A stretch of DNA of 64,000 bases from Paramecium tetraurelia (lineage: Eukaryota): the NCBI GenBank assembly GCA_000165425.1, contig CT868618.1, positions 265,827 to 329,826 of the forward strand, given 5' to 3'. A program made the position numbers and the translations under genes. This document shows, piece by piece, positions 53,243-64,000 of the stretch; positions within the stretch are counted from its first letter, which is position 1, and each line of letters opens with the position of its first letter. A model generated the notes under the pieces. That model had not been told where the DNA came from, did not search any database, and was given only the letters and a program-made list of their open reading frames with translations.

Positions 53243-56200
53243 ATGTATAATGACAATAAATAATTTAGATTATTAATGTTTCAAGAAGTACTTTCATACG
53301 AATAAAATTTATCTGCTTCTTAAGATGTAACTCGATATGATCCCTAATAAATGATACCAAAGCAAGCCTTGATGAAAATAGTAAGTGCAGCATAGGATAG
53401 GCGGTTTGCTGAAGAAATTGATGAATTAGAAAAACTTTAGGGTATATCAAGTATAGAAAGTGGATTAAAAACCAATTTTACTTTTGGTCTAAAAGGAGAT
53501 GATTTTGAATAAAGAAACTTATAATATGGCGATAATTTAAAGCATTTTACTCTTCCTAATACCTATATGTAATTGCTTTTTCAAGCTTTAGAAGTTTAAA
53601 TTAGTATAATTATAGGATTGCATGATTCGAATATTATTAGGGGCTTCTATAGTTTCAATTGTCATAGGAGTTTTTACAGTAGATGATGATCATCGTTCAT
53701 TTGCTTGGATAGAAGGATTTGCTATATTTATGGCAGTATTGATATCTTGCAATGTGACAGCGATTAATGTATATAACAAATGAAAAGGTTAGGATTATTG
53801 GAAGTAAAGCCAATTCTAAAATTTACGTCAAATGGAAGAGATGAGAAGGACGGTAGTAGTTTGGAGAGACGGATGCAGGATGGATTTAAGTTATAGTTTG
53901 GTTATGGTTGGAGATATAATTTAAATTTGTGAAGGGATGGAAATTCCAGCAGATTGTATTGTAATAGAGGCAGCAGATTTGACGGTTGATGTATATTATT
54001 TATACTATGTAAAAGGAAAGTGAAATGACAGGTGAAACTATACCCATAAAAAAAGATACATATGATAATTGTATTAAGTAAAGAAATAAATTGAAGAATC
54101 GAAAGAGTAGGCTGAGCAAATATGATGTTCCATCTCCAGTTATGTTGGGTGGTACAAAAGTATTGTCAGGCGAAGGTAAAATGGTAGTAGCAGTGGTAGG
54201 TGAATCAAGTTCTATTGGTAAAATTTATTATTAGCTTACAACTTAAGAAGAAGAACCAACACCGTTATAACTTTAATTAGAAGAATTTGCTTTATAGATT
54301 AGGTAGTTTGGACTCATTAGTGCAGGTTTGATTTTATTTGTTTTTCTAATGAGATTTGGAATAGATAGAATTAAAGAAGGTTCATTTGAGAAAGAACATA
54401 TTAGGGAATTGGTGAATTTCTTTATAATTTCAATTACAGTGATTATCGTTGCAATACCAGAATGCTTACCACTAATTGTAACACTTAATTTGGCTTATTC
54501 TACGAAGAGAATGTTACAGGATAACAATCTAGTTAGAAAGTTGGCTGCCTGTGAAACTATGGGAAGAGTAGATATGGTATTAACTTGTAAGACTGGAATC
54601 TTAACACCGAATAAAATGTCTGTAGTCTAGTTGTGGAATGAAGAATTGATGGATATTGATGCATATAAGGAGAGATTAAATTTAAGCACATACTTACCAG
54701 CTCATATGCATGAATTGTTTATTTAATCAGCCATAGTAAATGGAACACCAGTAATTAGAGGAGAAGGATAAGGAAATAAAACAGAAGTAGCAATGCTCTT
54801 GTTTGCAGAACAATTTGGCATAAATTATGAAAAGGAAAGAAATACACATCTAGCAACCAAGAAGATTCCTTTTTCGAGTAGGAGGAAAAGGATGTCCACG
54901 ATTATTGGAGACAAAAGATTAGTTATTAAGGGAGCTGGTGAAATCATTCTAGAAGGGTGTAATAAATTACATTCTAAATCAAAGGGGATTATACCTATCG
55001 ATTCTTCCATTAGAACTAGTATCGAATTGGCCATACAATAAATGGCTTCTTAGGGTCTAAGCACTATAGCATTAGCCTACAAAGATATTAAAGGCAATTA
55101 GGATCTTGAAAAAATAAATGAAAATGGAGTTTATCAAATAGAAACTGTAGATCTTACTTTGATTGCTATAGTTGGAATTAAAGATATTCTAAGAGCTGAA
55201 GTACCACTAGGCATTGCTGCTTGTAAAACTGCTGGAATCAAAGTAAGAATGATTACAGGAGATAATAAATTAACTGCTTTAGCGATTGCTAAAGAATGTG
55301 GTATATTAATTGATGAGAATCAATCCCTAGTTTTAGAAGGGGCAGATTTTTTAAATAGAATTGGAGGATTAGTCTGTAAATAGTGTCAAACATCAAAATG
55401 TGATTGTCCAAGAGATCAAAAAAGTGCCTATTAATTAGACAAATAAATAAGAGTTGATACAATTAAATATGGGGCAGAATTTGATAAGATTTATCCTTTC
55501 TTAGATGTTTTAGCTAGAAGTAGATCTGAAGATAAGTACGCACTTCTAGTAGGTTTATAAGAAAGAGGATATGTTGTAGCAGTAACTGGAGATGGAACCA
55601 GTGATGGTAAATTGTTCATCATATTATTTTATTAGTCCCTATTTTAAAGAAGGCTGATGTGGGTTTTGTTATGGGAATAGGAGGAACTGAAGTAGCGAGG
55701 TAAAGTGCCTCTATTGTTTTGCTGGATGATAATTTTAATTCCATTTTAAAAGCAGCCCTATGGGGAAGAAACATATATGATTCAATTAAGAAATTTTTAC
55801 AATTTCAATTGACAGTCAATATTGCAATTTCAGTCTTGACGCTTTTGTCTGTAATTGTAATCAAACAAGCTGTGCTAGAGCCTATCTAAATGCTTTGGAT
55901 TAATCTGATAATGAATACATTTGCATAACTAGCTCTGGTCACAGAATCTCCAACCCCAGAGTTATTAAAGAGAAACCCTCAGAACATAAATGAAGACATG
56001 ATATCCCCCAAGATGTTTAAAAATATTTTAGGATAAGCAATTTATCAAATGGTTGTAATAATGGTACTAATATTTTATGGGTAAACATTCATTCCAGAGT
56101 TTAAGGGAGAAGAAGATGAATCAATAGTATTTAAAGGTAAGTTATAATACAAATATTCCAACACATACTTCGATGAAACTAATAACCTTCACATCTGTCC

Positions 56201-56784
56201 TAATTATACGGATTATTGTAATCTGATATCTTTCAATACAGATTATTACATTGATGGATCAGAAAACTACCAAAGCTTTTATAAAGAGACATATATACCT
56301 TCAAGATAGTTTACAGTTATCTTCAATACTTTTGTAATAATGCAATTATTCAATTTTATTAATGCCAGAAGAGTAAGAAATGAAATAAATATCTTCAAAG
56401 GAATATTAAGCAATACGTTCTTCCTTACTACAGTTTTTGGTATTCTTGCTTTATAATTAATAATTGTTACTTTTGGTGGAATAGGATTCCACTGCTATTC
56501 ATTTTATGGACTCAATATAGAACAGTGGTATTTAATTGTATTCATATAGGTTAATTTGTCTAACCTTTGGTGTTGGAAGTTTAGTTGTAAGACTAATACT
56601 CAGAGTAATTCCAGACCCGAAAAATCGAAGTCTTACTAGACCTGATCAAATGAATAACAGTTAAAATCTAACATTTCCAACTGTTACTATGCACGATTAC
56701 AAATATTAGGTTTAATCACTTAGTCTAGAATCAGAATCAGAAAACGAAAACCTTAACAATCCAATTTAAGAGTATCAATCATGA
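53243..56784 (+). CDS. PMCA-type (P2B) Ca2+-ATPase paralog with substituted catalytic residues
   Basis: [89 protein letters not shown]. The start may be 53276. Confidence 0.92.
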
Positions 56785-56853
56785 TTATTTTTAATCAATT
56801 ATAAATAACTAAATTAATCCTCTTAGTTATTAATAAAATTCTAATTTAATATT

Positions 56854-58073
56854 ATGATGTAAGAGGGGAATGAAAGAAAAATATCAACAATCACAAAGAA
56901 TGACAATGTTTTAGATTTAGTTAAGATCAAAGTCAGATTGGATGAGCATTTTTACATATTCTCTCGTTTCATGATAAGCAGAATGTTAACATTATCGAGA
57001 ATCAAGAAATTGGATGCAATATAGATAGCTAAGGACATAAAAAAATAATTGATAGATCGGAATTCACTTGAGATCAATTCAAATGAATTAGAGGCTATTA
57101 TATTTCAGACTATGATTAAATTTGGATATTAGAATAACATCCAAAAGTATCAAATGGTTTCCAAGTACTAAATCAAAAAATCGTAGCTTCTACCGACACA
57201 GAACTCCTATGATCATCATCATTTTTGGTGCCCCAAGCATAGGAAAATCACTGTTAGCAAATAACTTAGCTGAAAGACTTAATATCTCTAATGTCTTGCA
57301 AACTGACATTGTGGAAATGGTTATGAGAAGTATTAATCCAGAATAGTTCAATTATGATGGAAATGAGGATTTCATTACCAAATTTAAGAAAGTAAAAGAA
57401 TTAACATTAATTAAGAGAATTGCAGACTGATTCGAAGAGGAGTGTCTACAGATATTTCCAAATGTCTATCTGAAGGCAAAGCAGTCATCATCGAAGGAAG
57501 TGCAGCAATGCCAGAATATTATTTAGAAGCTATTGATCAATAAGATCCTGAAGATGATCAACAATAATTACAATTGATTACAAGTTTCACCTAAAATGAA
57601 ATTAAACTCAAGAAACCTTAAAGAAAGGACTTGTTACTTTTTAACTAATAGAAAAAATTGAACACTCAATTCAAAATCATCTTCCCCTAGCCTGATTAAG
57701 ATTTAGAAGATGATCAATAGATTCAAAAACATCTGAAGTTATGCAAAGATTTGGATAAAATTGTAAATTCATTATTCATTTTATTAGGACCAATCACATT
57801 CAATGATTCTAGGTTTCCTACCTATATTATCTAGAAATGATCATCTATACAATATAGAAAACAATACGAGTAAAAAGATACCCAAAGATTAAATAGAGGA
57901 AAAGCTTAATCAATTTTAATCTATTCAAAATGAATTATTGCAGCAAAGAAGCAAATGCATTCTATTACCTATTAATTTACATAATTTAGAAGAAACCTTA
58001 GTAATATTTATTTATTATTCAGGATACCATGCACGACATCATTTTATAAAAAATCTTAGATCAATCAAGTTGA
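56854..58073 (+). CDS. 2-phosphoglycerate-kinase-like / LPA1-related P-loop NTPase
   Basis: DLVKIKVRL..HFYIFSRFMISRML, P-loop GAPSIGKS, AERLNISNVLQTD, EGKAVIIEG. Four introns. Confidence 0.82.
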
Positions 58074-58664
58074 TTTTATGTGTGAATTATCTATCTATAT
58101 CAAATATAAAAAGTTATCATAAAATACTGTCATTCGAATTTAGAAACTGCCAATTCTTATAAGCTGTCTTCTTGTTTTATTTATAACCCTTTGATAAATT
58201 GAAACTATCATCAGTTATTTGCTTTTAATTTCTGAATCATCAAGTTGCTATTGGTTTCGCTTAGGATCCAACTAAGAAAATAATTTATCTTAAAATTTAT
58301 TTAATAGTTTTCCAAGTAAGAATGGCAATAAGATATGAAGAATCGAACAATGATTTTGTAATAATTATATTTCAGGATCATAATTAAATAAATATAAATT
58401 CTATTAATTTTTATAACTTATGATTTAACTTAACTATTAATAAAACTTAAAACTTCATATTTTATTCGTCAATATGAATCTTTTATTAAGAAAAAGATAT
58501 AAAACTATTAGATGAAATATCTACCAATTTTATGGAGAAAAATAATAAAAGATAACTGATACTATTTTTATAAGTTTAAATCATATTTAAGAGGAAGAAT
58601 ATAAGAATGAAATTTTAATATAATGATATTTCATTATTTAATTCGATTTATTCTTTTAATTATC

Positions 58665-60059
58665 TCAGACTATTTTTAATTTTTACAAATTTTCTATTTA
58701 TTTTTTTAACTACAAGATATCACCTTCCAACTCGCCAATTTCATACTTGCTTCGTTTTAATTCTCTATCTAACTGTTTAATTTTATCATTCAACTTAGAA
58801 ACAGTAGATTCTAGTTCATAATTGCTTTCATTAGCAATAAGTAATCTTTCCTTTTCTGTTTTTAACAATTATTTCAATTTATCTCTCTCATTTTTGAAAT
58901 ATTATTATTCCTCTTCTAAGTCTACTTATTATTATTTAACTAATTATTCCATTTATTAAATGTAAAGTTTTTGTTGTTCGAATTAAGAGACTAAGCAACT
59001 ATAATAACATTAATACTACTCACTTAATTATTATAAGTATTATTAATATTATTATGTTTTCTACATTTCAATCATTAAATCTTCATTCTTTTTTTGTAAT
59101 TCTATTTCATGGTACTTTTAAAATTATTAATTATCTTCTTCTAATTATTAAATTTGTTATTCTTGGTTTCTACATCTTGTATTCATCAAATTTAATTCTA
59201 ATTCCAGCCTATCATATCTATCCTATATTTCCTAAATTTATTTTTATTTTTCAGCTTTAGTTTTTTCCATTTCTGCTTGTTTTGTTCTTAGGATGTTGGC
59301 ACTTTACGTTCTATTATTTTCGGATAATTCTTAAATTTCCATATAATGCTATTTTTCCTTTTCTTTCATTTCTTCAGCTAAAATTCTTAATTTCCTTTCA
59401 GCCTCGATCAATTTTCCTTAAACTTCTTTACTTAATAGAATAGCATTTTAATCTTCTTACTATTTAGAAGAAATTTCAGAATTATGATTTTTTGATTTTT
59501 GCTTTATTTATTTTTACGATTATTGTTGTTCATGTGTCTCTTTTTTAGAACTTTATACCTAATTTTCTACTATTTAAATATCAGATTGTATATTTTCTAA
59601 ATTCTTCATTTAGACCATATGATTATTATAGGCATTAAGCTACAGCTGTGAAGATAATTATGATAGCTAATGTTAAAAATTTTGCTCCATTTAATTAAAA
59701 GTGTTTCTTAAGAATGATTTTGAAACTGCTTCTAAGTGAAATTCTTTAGACCTACTTTATAATAGAGTATTTTCTTAATTTATTAATTTTTCTTATTCTA
59801 TTTTTATCTTTCCCATTTCTTTCAACTCTCCTTAAAGTTAATTAGCATCGTAAACTTTGAAGTACATCTAATCTCTCATTAAATTATTATTTATCTTTGT
59901 TGCCTAATATACTGTTTCAGAAATATCAATTAAAATTATTGAATCCTAATTTAGGTTATTTTTTTTTTTTTGTAATTCTTCTTTGATGTTTTAGTATTCA
60001 CAATCAAGATATATTATTTCCTTATTAGGAATCTCACAAATGATTTTGCAATTAGCCAT
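58665..60059 (-). CDS. Coiled-coil hypothetical protein
   Basis: MANCKIICEIPNK... with Q/E/K-rich heptads and an intron near 59000-59023. The 3' end is uncertain and may extend further. Confidence 0.68.
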
Positions 60060-61926
60060 TAAATATTTATGATTATAGAATTATGATTTGTTATCAAATT
60101 TTTTTGAGATTTTAATAGAATTTCTGTTATATTTATACTTTTTACCTATTTTATCATAACACGAGTAGTCAAATATAAATCTAGTATTTTTATTCAACTC
60201 AATACTACTCAGATATCATGACAATCCTTCTTGTAATAATCGTCATCATATTGGTGCCTCTAGTTTTCTTTATACAATTCAGTGTATTTGTTTTGAAAGG
60301 CTTCAAGTTTCATTCATCGTTAATTCTAATTAGTGATCCCCTTTATATAATCAGAAATTCAGATCTGAATTGCTGCAGTGTTGCCAAAAAAATTATACAA
60401 TTTTATAATTTTAAAGAATCTATTAATAACCAGTCTCATTTAGATTTATTTAGAATTGAATTAGTTTCAGATACATTTTTTCGATTATTCACAATTAAAA
60501 ATAATTCCTCTCCTTATTTTTTTTATTTTCAAATGATATGAAACTTTTATATAAAATAACATAGCTAAGCCAAGGTGAAAAATTGCGATAATTGCAATTA
60601 AACCATGAGTCTTCTACATATTTTTTTCTAAGCCTAAATAAACATAGCAGGCTAATTTTTAGAATTACATCTTGTTTCTTTATAATATATTTTCTCTCTA
60701 TTATTTTATAGAATAAAAATAGATTTCACAATGCATCATCGAGCGTTGGAATTGCAATTTATTTTGTAAATATAATCTTAATTGTAAAAATAGAAAATCA
60801 ACATTTACATACTCAAAATAATTTTGGATTTGACATATTATAAAATTTATTTGATCTACTAAGAATTTTTTAGAGGGAGTTTTACTATTGTGGAATCCAC
60901 ATATCCATGCTATTATTAATACACTCTTTGGAATTTCTTATCTAAAGCAATCTTAAAATTGTCTCGGTTTTCTACTTGTCCATTATCCTTTAATAATATA
61001 ACTTCTATAACTAGTTTTGACTAAAACTGTTATTATGAGGGAGCATCCATGAGTGAGTAATTAAAAATAATCATAAAATCTTGAAAATTGATATCAATTA
61101 CTCTCTAGATTCGATTCACCAATTTATCACTTTAAATTAAAAATTCCTCTCCTTTCATCACAGACTATAGGCCTTCAACAAGATATAAGAGATGCGGAAG
61201 TAATTTTTTATGCTAGCTTATTTATTTTTTTAACATAATCATAATCTCAAAATAAAAGCTTGAGCTCTATATTAAATTTTTATTCCTATTACATTCATTG
61301 CTCTTATCTAGAGATGAAGAAGTAATGTTAATTTAAATTTAGATAAACAATCAAAATAGTTTAAAATAACAGTTTTCAATATGATTTTATTGGTATCCCA
61401 AAAATGTTTCAAGTCACGGCTCTAATAAATTTTGGGTTGACATTATAATAAGTTATGTAATAATTGAAATTAAATTAGAAATCCTAAATTTTTATGTTTT
61501 AAATGTAAAATGTAAAAGTAGATTTGTAGATCAGAATTAGAAATAACCCATTACAGCAATAGTTTTTTTTATAGTAAATTTGTTATGGCCTCAGATATGA
61601 AGAAGAATCATAAAATGGTAAGAAAAGCTATTAAAAATTTAACTTTATAATTAATTTGATACTTCATAAAAATTTAAAATGATCTAAACACTAAGTAATA
61701 ATTCATTGTATATCAATAGATTTTGAGTACCTGTTTAAATTAAAAATAAGTGACTTTGATAAAAAAAGATGTTGAGCATTGTTAATTGTTTTAAAGAAAT
61801 CAGTGTTTTAGTAATTGCAAACTTGTTTATAGATATTAATGAAAGTTCTGCCTTCTTATCTTTTTGAATTCTTCTTTTCTGTAAAATAGTTCTTGTTAAT
61901 AAGTTTATATTATAATTAAAATAAAA

Positions 61927-63134
61927 ATGGATAACTCTGAAACAAAAGAAATCTAAGAAAAATAATTTATTTGCATTGATCCAAAGTGTGATTAACCAAA
62001 TCGATTATTCAAATCTAAAAATGAGAATCATTCTCATAAATCTCATGATCATCAATTATACTCTGAATTCTAAAAACTAATTCGTGCACAATTTCCATAA
62101 TAGATTCGAGAATAAATAAATCAATAATTTAGCAAGGATGAATTAATCAAAGCAATCTAAACTAGATCAGTGTAAATGCATGAGTCTGTCAAAAATTTTG
62201 AAGAAAATCTAATAAAGTATATGTAACTCATTATGAATCTTTAGAACTATCGAAGCCTATGATATTTTGGGGGCCGATAAAGTTTCTATTAATCAAGCTT
62301 TAAGTCAATTAAACGAACAAAATCCTCCTTAACAACTTAATATTTAAGGGTTGATTCATGTACTCAAATTCAATAAATTGGGTCCCTAAAAGGTTTTGGA
62401 AAAATGGAAAAGAGAAGGCGAAATCATCCTAAAAGAACTTAGCACATAAGCAGACGCAGCCTTAAAAACTTTAGGGAATGTTACCATTGCAAGTTATATG
62501 CACATTCAACATCTCCAAAGTCCTTTGATTTTATAAAAGTAATAATGAAACTATCAATAGAATGCACTTTGCTTGGAGTTAAAGCTATAAGGCAAGTTCA
62601 GTTACAATTAGAGAAGAGGCAGCCTATGAGAAGGGAAATTCCATGGGATTGGTGTGTATCTAATAGATTTTGGAAAAGGATCAAGTCCAGAGCATTACTG
62701 TAGATGTCAAAGAAAGAGCTGGAGTAATATTATATTATAATGCATAGAATCTATACATAGGAGTACTAGATATTAATGAAAGAAAGTAAAGAGGTAGAAA
62801 GGCTTTCAGTTTTCATGATTGGAATGAATCAGGACATGGCTTATATTTAATCTATCATGGAGGATGTATAGAATTCTCACTCTAAAGTAGATGTTTTTAG
62901 TTCTAATGATCCATCAATAAATACAAAGAAAGCAGGTTTTACATTTGATTAAAATGATAAGATCATCCTCACCTGGAATGGTCCCGAGCATTCTGTCACT
63001 ATTCTTAAAGTTGGAAGTAGTCATGTAATAATCATAATGTATTATATCAGCAATTTACTTTTAAAGTTAATCCTGATGGACAATACCATTTTGCAGCAGG
63101 CTTGTTCAAATGTGAAATAAGATTGCTTGAATGA
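61927..63134 (+). CDS. Cys/His N-terminal region + coiled coil + SPRY/B30.2-like domain protein
   Basis: CIDPKC..H.H..H.H at the N-terminus; LYIGV..GHGLYLIYHGG..FTFDQNDKIILTWN..YHFAAGL in the C-terminal half. Short introns. Confidence 0.7.
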
Positions 63135-63270
63135 TCTATTTAATTCTAATGATTAGATATATATGAAAGTATATTTTTTATAAATTCTATCCCAATAATT
63201 GTTATGTCAAAAATTATTAAAGAATTTGTTTGTAATTTAAATGCAATACTCATATTTAATAATAAATTTA

Positions 63271-63681
63271 ATGAAATCTAAAGGTAAATCGAATAAGTGT
63301 AAGTAATAGTAAGCTGACATCTACACTAAGAAAGACATTCTTTCAAGAATCAAAGTAACTGAAGACATTACTGAAATACTTGAATATACTACTAATGAAG
63401 ATAACGATATTAGACTTGCTGCAACATCCCAGTTGTGTCCTTGTAAAGTTTAGGAAGATGTTCCTGAATTTTGGGATAGAGTTTTCTAATTAGTAGATGA
63501 CCCATAATCAAAAATAAGAGCAAGAGTTCTGCATATTATTTGTGATGGCTCACCCAACAGACTTTAAAATGAAGTGATGGATGCTTTATATAAATTTAAC
63601 AGAGATTCTGACCAGGAAATAAGAAGACAAGCACATAAAGTACTTGCTAAAGCATAAAAGGGTACTTGGAATGTGTTGTGA
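63271..63681 (+). CDS. Small HEAT-repeat protein (136 aa)
   Basis: Intronless; IRLAATSQLCPCKV, DDPQSKIRARVLHIICDGSP, DSDQEIRRQAHKVL, ending GTWNVL*. Confidence 0.85.
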
Positions 63682-63707
63682 TTACTAAAATTAATTCTTA
63701 TAAAAGA

Positions 63708-64000
63708 TCAAAATTAATTATATTTGCTTATTTTTCTTTATGTATCTTCAGATTATTTGTAGCTATTCCTTGGTTACTCCTTTCTTATTGTATTTGAATG
63801 ATACTAATGTTCATACGAGTTATCATTTTCTTATTCTTGTTCGTTATTTTCAATTTTGAATTATTGTTATGGATAATTTATAGATAATCTATTTGATTGA
63901 TAAAGACTCTTATTGTAATATGGATCTACTGGTTAAATTGTCAATGCTCTGCTAACTTTCTTGATGGGACTTATTTTTGTAGATGGAAACAATGCTTCCT
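63708..64000 (-). CDS. 3' end of a hypothetical gene truncated by the window edge
   Basis: TGA-free code-6 frame EALFPSTKISPIKKVSRALT...SKYNQF* running off the right edge. Confidence 0.55.

Noticed and set aside
285..60541. Many supplied ORFs with hydrophobic F/L/I-rich translations (e.g. 2169-2504, 16576-16824, 51017-51340, 59054-59260)
   Set aside because: They are antisense or off-frame shadows of real code-6 genes, produced by translating with the standard code.
1..64000. CRISPR arrays, tRNA/rRNA genes, telomeric repeats, transposons or retained IESs
   Set aside because: None recognised by eye. TA-bounded IESs cannot be called without comparing MAC and MIC reads.

Overview
AT-rich, gene-dense ciliate macronuclear DNA, most consistent with Paramecium. 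TAA/TAG read as Gln and TGA is the only stop, introns are tiny (about 20-35 nt, GT...AG), and intergenic spacers are often under 60 nt. The supplied standard-code ORF track is therefore fragmented and largely spurious, so genes were re-read by hand with code 6. About 35 coding genes are present: a Cys-periodic GPI surface-antigen-like gene, a CDK, a degenerate hybrid histidine kinase, XAP5/FAM50, RBX1, ornithine aminotransferase, a 3xRRM+SPOC (Spen/RBM15/FPA-like) protein, WD40, MORN, LRR and TPR proteins, ATP synthase subunit d, E2F, a BAR-like protein, a CNBD K+ channel, an NmrA-like protein, a CAMK-like kinase, DPM3, a P4-ATPase, SmD1, a PMCA paralog, an LPA1/2-PGK-like P-loop protein, B-box-PHR and B-box-SPRY proteins, a small HEAT protein and several coiled-coil proteins. 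Two loci are decayed pseudogenes. The most notable observations are: (i) an intact PMCA-type pump whose catalytic Asp is Cys (CKTGILT) with further catalytic substitutions; (ii) a His-less pseudo-histidine kinase; (iii) two divergent genes whose ATGs sit 8 bp apart inside a perfect 16-bp palindrome; (iv) four apparent single-base insertions within the first 13 kb. No rRNA, tRNA, telomeric repeat, transposon or CRISPR was recognised. Family assignments come from motif recognition only; no database search was run.
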